64,000 bases of DNA from Alphaproteobacteria bacterium (GTDB lineage: Bacteria > Pseudomonadota > Alphaproteobacteria > SP197), in NCBI GenBank assembly GCA_964291265.2, contig OZ219747.1, positions 320,001 through 384,000 of the forward strand, written 5' to 3'. The number at the start of each line of letters is the position of its first letter. The stretch's first letter is position 1. A model generated the notes under the pieces. That model was not told the DNA's origin and did no database searches. It was given only the letters and a program-made list of their open reading frames with translations. The position numbers and the translations under genes were made by a program. Below are positions 55,162 through 64,000 of the stretch, one piece after another.

Positions 55162-57590
55162 CCCGGTTCCATGAGGTCCCTTCGACGCTCCGGGGGCATC
55201 GACCATGGCAGCCACGGGTCGAGGTCATCCGGCGGCTTGCCGCCGTTCTGCGCGCAGGCCTCAAGCCACTCATGAAGCCAGCGCCGAACATTGATGTTGT
55301 TCATGGCAAGGGTGCCGATGACCGAGTACATGATGGCGGTGAAGGCGGCGCCTTCCTCGCTGTCGGAGCCGAAGCTCAGCTTTCTCGCGGTCACCGCACC
55401 CCGGAGGGCTCTCTCGGCAAAGTTGTTGTCCATGGGCACCTGGGGATGGTCGACAAAGACGCACAGTCCCTCGCGGTGACGGATCAGGGAACGCAAGGGC
55501 TTCGCTTCGCGTGCACCCTCGGGCAAGGCGTCGAGTTCCTCCTGAGCCTGCCTGAACAGCGCCTCGACAGCCGCACGAAGGTCCTTCTGCAGGGCATTGA
55601 ACCTCGCTGACTGACGCTTGCGTGCGGGATCGTAGTGCTTCAGCCGTTGCCCATTCAGTGTGTAGATCAGCGCGATCCTGTCGAGCCACTTGTCGCACCA
55701 CTCTTCCAGCCCCTCCTGGCCTGCCGCAGCCTCGATCACATCGCGCCTGGAGTGCGCCCAGCAAAGGCAGAGGATCACCTTGCCATCAAGCTCACGCTCC
55801 AGTTTCCTGTAGACCACGTAGCGGTCGCAAACAAGGAAGACGACACCTTCGGTGGAGGCGAACAGCACCATGGCCACCCGGGCGCTGCGTGACGGGTCGA
55901 TAAGGAAGAAGACGGAGTCGGCGCTGACCGCGGTCCACAGCCAGGCCTTCTGCGAGCGCCCCGAGGCCTTGAGGGACTGGATGCGCCAGCTGGTCTCGTC
56001 GCCGTGGCGCACCGTCAGCCGGTTCTGATGATCGAGGATGGCCTGAGCGAGAGGCGCGAACATCGGCGTCATCTTCTTCATGCCGCCAGCGATCGTTCCC
56101 GGCGCCATCGGCAGTCCCTGGTCTTCCAGCCATCGCGAGACCCGGCGCAGGGGACGCAAGCAGGCGAAGCGCTCATAGAGCACGCATTCCCAGACACTGA
56201 TGCCGAAGGGGGTATTCGCAAGCAAGCGCAAAGGTGGCGGCGCGATGATCTCCGCAGGCGCCGACGAACACTGACAACCACGGCGCCAACGCCCACGTTC
56301 AATCCGCCGGATATGAGCCTTGACATGGACCTCCATGATCGAGGTCTCGTGGCTGCCGTTGGCCACATAGGGCTCGCCGCAACACGGGCACGTGCGCTGC
56401 GATGCCGGTGGATCATGGCGTTCGTGCTTCTCCTTGAGCTTCGGACGCGGAGTGCGCCCGTGGCCGCTCTTGCCGGGTTGCTGACCCCGCTTGTTCCCTG
56501 TGCCTTCCTTCTTCTTCCGCTTCTCGCTCTTCGACCCGAAGCGCGCCGTCGCGTGCTTGGCACGCGTCCCGCGGAGATTCCTCAGCTCGCTCGCCTGTTC
56601 AGCGTTCTTGAGCTTCAGAGCGTCCCTTTCCTGCTCCAGCGCCTCCGCTCGGGCCTGTCCACGCTTCACCTCCCGGCGAGCCTCCTTGAGCTGATCACGA
56701 GTGCGGTCGAGATGAAACTTGAATGTGCCCGCACGGGCACGGGCAGAATTCTTCGCACGGCGCAGGTCAGACGCGGTAGGGATGCGCATTGCTGCGCACC
56801 CCCCGCGCAGATCCGGACGTGGACGTTAATCCATCCGGCTCCTACCTCGGGTACTGGACGGCAAACCACTGGACTAGCCTGCGGCTTCCCGTATCCGATC
56901 CGCCGCCTGTGGCACGCTTGCCCGACACTGCGTTCGGTGCGTGCTTTAGCGTCCCGGATTCCCCTTGGTTGAGGCCCTTTCCTCCAGCGACTCCGCAGAA
57001 GCTAACGCTTCCTTGTTCGCCGCCTTCACAGGTACTACGGCCTCATCCGACTTCTTCAAACCGTACATCATAGGCTTCGGTTTTCTCCTTCCCCATGCGG
57101 TCCCGCCACAACCGGCGGGACGGTTTGAAGATCTCCCAGGGTCCCAACAGAAGGCGTGCGGACGTGCATGGGTTCTCTGACACCGCGGGGCTCGCCGACA
57201 TCTCACCAAATCGATGCCTGCGATGTTGCCTTCGACCAATGCGAAAGCCTCGGCACCCCGGATGATAGCTTTTTCGGTGCTCATTAGCCCTGCCCATCCG
57301 TACCGCTACCGACGCTTCGCCTGCCCCCTCGCGGGAACCGACGCACGGCTCGCGGAGAAACGTGGTTTGGTTACTCCTTCGTTCCAGGGGACTTTCACCC
57401 CCTACCTTCCGCCAGTTCGCCTGGCACACCGCATACGCGCTTCCGCCGCATCCGCACGAACCCGCTCCGCCTCATAGAGCGCACGCCAGTCAGGCGCCTC
57501 GCATGACAAGGCCACTGACGCCCGACATAGGCCGTCACCACCTCCCGTCAGCTGCTGTGTCGCTCCGCGCGTCTCGGCAAAAGTCTTCAT
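55158..57590 (-). CDS. IS66 transposase TnpC in two exons (57590-57430 and 56769-55158)
   Basis: Coiled coil, CPCCG, HGDETSW, CDRY, CWAHSRR, DNNFAERALR; exons join in frame (590 aa from ATG 57590; start uncertain). Confidence 0.85.
56770..57429 (-). ncRNA. ORF-less group II intron (class E-like), 660 nt
   Basis: 5' GTGTG; domain V GAGCCGGATGGATTAACGTCCACGTCCGGATC; domain VI ending CCCTACCGCGTC; only IEP termini remain. Confidence 0.9.
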
Positions 57591-57833
57591 GGCCTCGACC
57601 ATAATCGAGACCAAACGAGTTTACCAGCACTTTCTCAGACGATAGTCAGCAAGACCCAAACCAACCAAAATCAGCCATCACCGAACGGCCGAACGCTTAC
57701 GGTTTCAGTGGCCTGACGACGGCCGTCCCGTCCCGACGTGATCGGTGGGATGCAAGGCAACACGACGGCGGCATGTGCCATCACCCCAATTGCGTGTAGT
57801 GTGCGGCCTCGCCGAAAGGAGAAGCCGTGAAGG

Positions 57834-58382
57834 ATGGCGGTGCGTCGCGTATGCGTGTTCTGCGGTTCCCTCGAGGGACGTGATTCGCGATACCTGGAGC
57901 TTGGTGACGACCTCGGACGGTTGCTGGCCGAGGCCGGACTTCAGATCGTCTACGGCGGTGGCGGCGTGGGCATCATGGGAGCGGTCGCCGACTCGGCCAT
58001 CGCTGCGGGAAGTCAAGTGACGGGGGTCATTCCGTCGTTTCTGGTCGAACGGGAACACCACCACCCCGGCGTTGCCAGGATGATCGAGACACGGGACATG
58101 CACGAAAGGCGCATGGCCATGTACGACAATGCGGACGCCTTCGTCTCTCTGCCAGGGGGTATCGGCACCCTCGAGGAGACCGTCGAGGTCCTGAGCTGGA
58201 TCACGCTGGACATCCACACCAAGCCAGTGATTCTCGTCGATTCGGTGTACTGGTCACCCTTCCTGGCCCTGCTGGACCATGTGGAAGACCACGGCTTTTC
58301 CCACCGGAGTCTGAGAGGCTGCCTGGAGGTGGTCGACAAACCCGAAGACGCGGTCGCGCGCCTTGCTGCAGGAACCTCCTGA
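57834..58382 (+). CDS. LOG-family (TIGR00730) nucleotide phosphoribohydrolase
   Basis: CVFCGS, VYGGG..GIMG, PGGIGTLEE. Confidence 0.92.
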   Translation: MAVRRVCVFCGSLEGRDSRYLELGDDLGRLLAEAGLQIVYGGGGVGIMGAVADSAIAAGSQVTGVIPSFLVEREHHHPGVARMIETRDMHERRMAMYDNADAFVSLPGGIGTLEETVEVLSWITLDIHTKPVILVDSVYWSPFLALLDHVEDHGFSHRSLRGCLEVVDKPEDAVARLAAGTS

Positions 58383-58515
58383 ACGGCAGGTCGGGGCTCG
58401 CATCCCTGAGCGGAGAGACAGGAACCTGAACTTTCACCGCGGCAAGTATCGCGCCTCTGCCGCCTGCAGGGGCGACACTGCGGCGGTCCGGCATTCCGGA
58501 CCTTGGACGGTGCGG

Positions 58516-59478
58516 TCACGGGGTGTCGATGCCTGCGTGCTCGTCGAGAGCGGCAACGATGGCGGTGGCCATCGCCGGCTCGTCGGGCATGTGTCCACCA
58601 TGTTCGACGATGCGCAGGTCGGCGCGGGGCCAGGCCTTGCCGAGACGCCAGGCTTCGCGTAGCGGCGTACACATGTCGAAGCGGCCGTGGACGATCGTTG
58701 CGGGGATGTCCGCGAGGCGTTCGCAACGCGACACGATGTGATCCTCGCCATCGAGAAAGCAGCCGTTCTCGAAGTAGTGCGCCATGATCCTGCCGTAGCT
58801 TGCGCCGCCGCCTTCGGTGAGGCTGGCCTCGCGAGGATGAAAGTAGACCGCGGCGGTCTCCCAGGCCTCGAGGGCGCAGGCGATGCGGTCTGCGTCCCCG
58901 GAGTCGCTGCCACGTATGCGGCGGTAGGTCGCGGCTTCGATGTCGTCAAGGTCGCGGGGCGGGAAGTGGGCCACGAAGCGGTCCCAGGCCTCGGGATAGA
59001 CCATGTTGGCGCCGAATTCGAAGAGCCAGCGTTGCGTCGTTCGGTCGGCAAGCCATACGCTCCAGACACAAAGTGCGCTGACGCTCCCGGGATGTGACTG
59101 GGCATAGACCAGGGCCAGTGTCGATCCCCACGAACCGCCGGCGACATGCCAGCGACCGATGCCGAGATGCTCTCGAATCCTCTCGATATCGGCAACGAGA
59201 TGCCAGGTCGTGTTGTCGTCGACGAGTGCGCTTGGCGTGCTGCGGCCGGCGCCACGCTGGTCGAAGGCAACCACGCGGTAGCGCTCGGGGTCGACGAGCC
59301 GGTGATGGCGCGGCGAGATCCGGCCGCCCGGTCCACCGTGGAGGAGAACGATCGGGACGCCGTCGGGATTGCCGCTTTCCTCGACATGGAGCTCGTGGCT
59401 CGGGGACACCCTGAGACGAAAGGTGCGGCGCACCTCGCGCTCAGGATAGACGATACGGGAGGCGTCGGGGGCGGTCAC
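58516..59478 (-). CDS. pip: Proline iminopeptidase
   Basis: HGGPG, DQRGAGRS, GGSWGSTL, HGRFD. Confidence 0.88.
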   Translation of the reverse strand: MTAPDASRIVYPEREVRRTFRLRVSPSHELHVEESGNPDGVPIVLLHGGPGGRISPRHHRLVDPERYRVVAFDQRGAGRSTPSALVDDNTTWHLVADIERIREHLGIGRWHVAGGSWGSTLALVYAQSHPGSVSALCVWSVWLADRTTQRWLFEFGANMVYPEAWDRFVAHFPPRDLDDIEAATYRRIRGSDSGDADRIACALEAWETAAVYFHPREASLTEGGGASYGRIMAHYFENGCFLDGEDHIVSRCERLADIPATIVHGRFDMCTPLREAWRLGKAWPRADLRIVEHGGHMPDEPAMATAIVAALDEHAGIDTP

Positions 59479-59481
59479 GGG

Positions 59482-60444
59482 TCAATACCCCCTCTCGGGG
59501 TCGACACGATTGGCGAGTGGCTCGCCCCGCACGAAGCGGTCGAGATTGTCGAGAAAGACCCGTGTGCTCAGCCGATCGTAGTCCTGCCAGGTCAGCATGC
59601 CGCCCACGTGCGGGGTGATGTGGACGTTCTCCATGTCCCAGAGCGGGCTGTCGTGAGGCAGGGGCTCCCGATGGAAGACATCGAGAGAAGCGGCCCCCAC
59701 GTGCCCGGACCGCAGCGCCCGGATCAGTGCCTCCTCGTCGATGACCCCGCCTCTCGACATGTCGTGCACGATCACGCCAGGCTTGGCGGCAGCAAGTGCC
59801 GAGGCGCCGATCAGTCCGCGCGTCGCATCGATCAGCGGCGTCACGACGATGACGTAGTCGGAGAGCGCCAGGACGTCGTTGAGCCGGTCCGGGCCCACGA
59901 CCTCCTCGACTCCTTCAAGGGGCTGCGGTCGCGCCCGCACGCCGTAGACGGTCATGCTCAGGACGCGGCCGACCCGGGCGCAGGCCCGGCCGATCTTGCC
60001 CAGGCCGACGACGGTCAGCGTGCCGCCGGTCGAGCGGATGACGTCATGGGGTTGCCAGAGATGCGCCTTCTGCTGCTCGTGGTAGCGGAAGAAGCGGCAG
60101 TTGATCGCGATCAGGCGGCCGATGGCGAACTGCGCCATCGCCTCGTCTTGCACGCCTCCGGAGTTGCACACGTGCACCTTGTCGGGATCCCAGGGGGTCA
60201 GATGGTTGATGCCGGCCCCCGAGACATGGATGAAACGCAGCGAGGGTTGCGCCAGCAGGGCCTCGCGCGGGTAGGGCCGGCGCTCGAATCGTTCGGTGTA
60301 GGCCACGTGATGGTCGCCGCGCGCCGCGTCCGGCAGGGCATCGAAGCTCTCGCACGTCGTGATGACGGCGCCGGGGTGACGTTCGGCAACGGCGCGCGCC
60401 ACCATTCCGGGCCGCTCGGTGTGAATGAGAATACGCAAGGTCAT
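59482..60444 (-). CDS. D-2-hydroxyacid dehydrogenase
   Basis: GLGKIG, SRGGVIDE, LDVF..EPL, TPH. Confidence 0.9.
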   Translation of the reverse strand: MTLRILIHTERPGMVARAVAERHPGAVITTCESFDALPDAARGDHHVAYTERFERRPYPREALLAQPSLRFIHVSGAGINHLTPWDPDKVHVCNSGGVQDEAMAQFAIGRLIAINCRFFRYHEQQKAHLWQPHDVIRSTGGTLTVVGLGKIGRACARVGRVLSMTVYGVRARPQPLEGVEEVVGPDRLNDVLALSDYVIVVTPLIDATRGLIGASALAAAKPGVIVHDMSRGGVIDEEALIRALRSGHVGAASLDVFHREPLPHDSPLWDMENVHITPHVGGMLTWQDYDRLSTRVFLDNLDRFVRGEPLANRVDPERGY

Positions 60445-60550
60445 CCGTGTCTTACCTCCCGGGACAGGCACAACCAAACCACCGGTGCCTGTGGTGTGTG
60501 TTGTCGAGGGGCGCCCCGAGACTGTCCTGCCTGAGGCCCGAGGAGGACGC

Positions 60551-61140
60551 ATGGCACGTATCGAACTTCCCTGTCTCGACCCTCATGAGGTCGTCGATCT
60601 TCTGGCTTAACGTTCCGGTCGCCATGGAGATCGTGAAACCGGGCCTCGCGGCTCGCGGCGCTGTCCTGCTGCCGCCCGAGGCTTGACATCCATCTCGACA
60701 AGCGCGGCAACGGTCCAAGCCAACGTTACCACCCGGCTGCGCAGATTACATCGACCGCGCCTTGTGACAGTGGTTGGCGGCTGCGTCGACAAGCGGAAAC
60801 GCGGGCCTCCCCTCGGAGGTGGTGCTCCTGACGCTCTGCGAGCCCGGGACTTAGCGAGTCTCTGTGCCTGCTCGATGCCACCCTTGGCGACATGGCTGCG
60901 GACCGGGGCCGTAGCGGTGTTGGCGTCGACCACCTCGCATGAAGGGATGCGGCGATTGCTTAACGCGGCGCTCCCTTGCGGGGGCGTGCATGGCGCGCCC
61001 GCACCAGGACCTGTGAGGAGCTTGGTCAGCAGGGGCGAGGATGAGCCTTTCGCTGTGGACCTCGTCCCGTCGCCAGCGTCCACACCGCGGTCGAGGGCGT
61101 CTGGAACCAGCCGAGGCCCTCGTGCGCGACGCCCAGGCTG
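60551..61140 (+). pseudogene. Heavily degraded ornithine-cyclodeaminase-like gene
   Basis: AGGAGG+ATG 60551; fragments LLPP, VVGG.VD..KRG, LRTGAV in broken frames; end approximate. Confidence 0.4.
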
Positions 61141-61366
61141 AGAAAGCGGATCACCTTCCGGCATCGCCGCCTTGCCGTCAGCCATGTCGTCCCCGGACAC
61201 TGGATTTGCCAGCGGGACGGTCCCGACGTTTGCTGCCGGAGCGAGGGAGCGTGTTGTCGGCTTGCTCCGACGATCCTGTGGCGATGACCCTTGAACGGCA
61301 AGCGCGAACCCTCACGGAGTGCGCGTGGCGTGGTAGTCTGCCGAACGGCAAGCACGAAAGCACGTC

Positions 61367-62305
61367 ATGATCAGGATGAATGACAGGATCGCTGCGGGCG
61401 ACATCATCGTCATCGACGGAGGGATGGGTACCGAGCTCGAGCGTCATGGCGTGCCCATGCATGCCCGAACATGGGCGGGCGCGGCGTTGATCGAGTACCC
61501 CGATGCCGTGGTCGACATCCATGCCGACTTCATCCGCGCCGGAGCGGAGGTCATCATCACCAACACGTTCGCAGCCTCACCCCACATGCTCGAGGCGATG
61601 GGCCATGGCGAGAATGCCGAGACGATCATCCGTGGTTCCGTCGATCTCGCCAGGCGGGCGCGCGACCGGGTCGGCCGGGACGTCGCCATCGCAGGATCGA
61701 TCTCGACCATGGCGCCCGGCGGAGATCTCGCGGACCCCGGCAACCGTCATTCCGATGGCGAAATCGCCGACAGTCTGGGCCGCATGGCACGAGCGCTTGC
61801 CGACGGCGGCTGCGACGTGATTGCTCTGGAGATGATGCAGGACACGGTTCGCGCGCCCCTTGCCATGCTCTGCGCCAAGGAAACGGGCCTGCCGGTCTGG
61901 CTGGGTCTGACGTGCGCACGGGCGCGAGACGGCGACGATCTGGTCGCATTCGACTTTCCCGGGAACCGTCTTGCCGACATCGTGGCGGCAACGGTGCCGC
62001 TGGGGCCGGATCTCGTGTGCGTCATGCACAGCGATGTCGACGTCACAGGCGATGTCATCGATGCCGTGAAGCAGCACTGGAACGGCCCGCTCGGCGTCTA
62101 TCCCGAAGCGGGCTATTTCGAGATGCCGCACTGGCACTTCGTCGACGTGATCGCGCCCGATGCGCTGGTCGAGCGGGCCCGGGCCTGGGCGGGTCAAGGC
62201 GTGACAGTCTTCGGAGGTTGCTGTGGTCTCGGCCCGGAGCACATTGCCGCCCTGGACGATGCCCGCGAGAGTCTCGAGGCATGCCGCTCCCGTCACCTCG
62301 ACTGA
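61367..62305 (+). CDS. Homocysteine S-methyltransferase family protein
   Basis: DGGMGTEL, AGAEVIITNTF, GGCCG.GPEHI. Confidence 0.9.
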   Translation: MIRMNDRIAAGDIIVIDGGMGTELERHGVPMHARTWAGAALIEYPDAVVDIHADFIRAGAEVIITNTFAASPHMLEAMGHGENAETIIRGSVDLARRARDRVGRDVAIAGSISTMAPGGDLADPGNRHSDGEIADSLGRMARALADGGCDVIALEMMQDTVRAPLAMLCAKETGLPVWLGLTCARARDGDDLVAFDFPGNRLADIVAATVPLGPDLVCVMHSDVDVTGDVIDAVKQHWNGPLGVYPEAGYFEMPHWHFVDVIAPDALVERARAWAGQGVTVFGGCCGLGPEHIAALDDARESLEACRSRHLD

Positions 62306-62484
62306 GCAGGGCTGATGCGGGATGCGGCCTGGAACACAAGGGCGCTGACGCCAGCGACGTGACCCTGTCGCACCAGGCCGGCCCGGACTGGCAGGTTTTC
62401 ATGGTCCGATGGTCCCGCATGGCGCAGCGCGGTGAGCCGTTGCGAGTGGTGATGCGGGTTCGCCGTGGCAAGTCCTGCTGCCGG

Positions 62485-63144
62485 CTACTCTCGCGCAATG
62501 CGGCAGGGTCTCCATCCCTTCGACCAGTGTTCATCGGACTGGACATGGCCCTCGCGAACGCTCTTGCAGACGTTGAGGTGGAATTCGTCGGCCGGAAACG
62601 CGCTCGCCAGCCTGATGACCACGCCTTCCCGCTCTCCACCGAGCACCGATGGCTCCCCGTGGGCGAAGTGGATGAAGTCCTGCACATCGTCCACTGACCC
62701 GAACACGCCCTCATGGAGGACCGGAACCAGCGGCAGCGCTCGATTGCGCGCATACTCCATCAGTGCCTGGAACGAGGAAAACCATCCGTTGGCGAAACGA
62801 AGTGCGAAGGCATGGAAGGTGCTGTCCTCCGGCACGGGGTCGTAGTCGATGCTGTGCACACCATAGATGTCCTCGCCATAGAGAAAGACGTCCCGCTCCA
62901 GCACCTTCCAGGCATGGTGCTTTCGCACCATGGCCAGCCACTTGTCGACCGAAGGAGCCGAAACGCTGCGTCCGTACACCTCTCCCATGTGCAGGAGCGT
63001 GTTGCTGCCATCGAGCTTTTCGGTGACGACGACCGGCGTTCCGACAAACCGTGATGGATCGGCAAGATCCTTCTTGCCACGGCCTCTTGCAGGCGACTGC
63101 GGCCAGTAGGGAGTCCTCGGATACCTGGGGATGCAGCGTGTCAT
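62485..63144 (-). CDS. ATP-dependent RNA ligase family protein
   Basis: YPRT, motif I EKLDGSN, YGE, EGVVIR, KSVR. Confidence 0.85.
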   Translation of the reverse strand: MTRCIPRYPRTPYWPQSPARGRGKKDLADPSRFVGTPVVVTEKLDGSNTLLHMGEVYGRSVSAPSVDKWLAMVRKHHAWKVLERDVFLYGEDIYGVHSIDYDPVPEDSTFHAFALRFANGWFSSFQALMEYARNRALPLVPVLHEGVFGSVDDVQDFIHFAHGEPSVLGGEREGVVIRLASAFPADEFHLNVCKSVREGHVQSDEHWSKGWRPCRIARE

Positions 63145-63147
63145 GAT

Positions 63148-63633
63148 CTATGAATCGCCGACCCTTGCGGAATGCTGCGGACACAGCTGCCGCAGCGTCA
63201 CGGCCAATCGATCCAGCAGTGCGCACTGCTCATGCCAGTCGCTGTCCGTTGCGTTGAGGATCACGCCACCGGCGACCAGCGCTGTAGCAAGGAACTTTCG
63301 ATCGGACCTGTCCAGATCATTTGCCGGCAATTCCTCGAATCCCCGGTCGTCATCGCTGCTCGGAGCAATTGACACGCGACGCACACGGGACGTGTCGTAC
63401 TGACGGTTGAAGACATGCTTGAAGAACTTGTCGCCTACTCCCTCGGCGCCTCCACTGTTCAGGTGTCTTGCGTATTCCCCGATGATGAGGCGGCGATCAT
63501 CGACAGCAACGATGCCGCGTGCACAAATGTCCTCCAGGACCTTCACACACACGAGCTGACATGGCAGGTCCGCATGTGTACGTCTCCTGTTCGCCGCAAT
63601 GGCAACGTTCGTGTCGACGACGCATGCCGTCAT
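63148..63633 (-). CDS. PIN-like domain protein
   Basis: VVDTNV...EY...DRSDRKFLA...TDSD acidic tetrad pattern. Confidence 0.7.
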   Translation of the reverse strand: MTACVVDTNVAIAANRRRTHADLPCQLVCVKVLEDICARGIVAVDDRRLIIGEYARHLNSGGAEGVGDKFFKHVFNRQYDTSRVRRVSIAPSSDDDRGFEELPANDLDRSDRKFLATALVAGGVILNATDSDWHEQCALLDRLAVTLRQLCPQHSARVGDS

Positions 63634-64000
63634 GGCGCGGTCTCGACCTGCCGTTCGAGGGACGCCTTGGCGATCGCTGCAATCTCGGACATTTCGTCTC
63701 CGAAGAACCGGGGAGGCCAGTTCTCGATCTCACCCCACTCATTGAGCTTGAGGTCGTTCAGCTCGGCGGCGCCGCGGCGTGTCTGGATGAAATAGAGTCT
63801 CAGGTCGCAGGACGGCACGCTTGCCTCGGCCGCACGCCGCTGAAAGCGGCGAAGCAGATGTTCGCTGTGGCTTTCCACGATGATCTGCACGCGCCGATGC
63901 CGGGCGACTGCCAGCATCACGTCCGCAAGCTCGCTCTGGACGGATGGATGCAGGTGTATCTCCGGCTGTTCCATCATCACGATGGAGCCTTCTGGCACGT
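63630..64000 (-). CDS. ABC-type ATPase with DUF3696-like C-terminus (partial)
   Basis: EQPEIHLHP, VESHSEH, G.I.NWP..FF; runs off right edge. Confidence 0.85.
   Translation of the reverse strand, partial: VPEGSIVMMEQPEIHLHPSVQSELADVMLAVARHRRVQIIVESHSEHLLRRFQRRAAEASVPSCDLRLYFIQTRRGAAELNDLKLNEWGEIENWPPRFFGDEMSEIAAIAKASLERQVETAP

Larger units (their letters stand above)
54818..57700 (-). mobile_element. IS66-family element (single tnpC + DUF4338 passenger)
   Basis: TIR GTAAGCGTTCGGCC at both ends; 8-bp TSD GGTTTCAG at 54810-54817 and 57701-57708. Confidence 0.93.

Noticed and set aside
55158-56789. ORF-track start MRIPTA as the real transposase N-terminus
   Set aside because: This ATG lies inside intron domain VI; the spliced frame extends to the upstream exon
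56770-57429. Calling the intron/IS combination an IStron
   Set aside because: IStrons carry transposon genes inside the intron; here the intron lies inside the transposase of a TIR-bounded IS66

Overview
GC-rich (roughly two-thirds G+C by eye) bacterial DNA; housekeeping genes look alphaproteobacterial (inference). 1-10.2 kb: decaying mobile/defence island with an IS1634-type transposase, AAC(3)-family acetyltransferase, AAA ATPase + S8 peptidase pair (peptidase frameshifted), a dead DDE IS, integrase and primase/helicase scraps, and a DUF1778/GNAT toxin-antitoxin pair (toxin frameshifted). 10.2-35.2 kb: mostly core genes (glnB-glnA, metY, rplM-rpsI, phnX with an MIO-less HAL-family lyase, a BacNav channel, polyamine ABC transporter, leuA-pmbA-msbA-waaA-lpxK-lipid A acyltransferase). 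35.2-57.7 kb: accessory region with pseudogenes, an unknown+HEPN-motif gene pair, an ectoine-type uptake/catabolic cluster with two Fe/2OG dioxygenases and three M24 hydrolases, and a nested mobile structure. In that structure a ~95 bp repeat is split by an IS66-type element (TIRs, 8-bp TSD) whose transposase is interrupted by a 660-nt ORF-less group II intron; removing the intron restores the reading frame exactly. The right end holds metabolic genes and a partial ATPase(DUF3696-like)-PIN-RNA ligase operon. All family calls come from motif recognition by eye; no searches were run. Single-base frameshifts could be sequencing errors.
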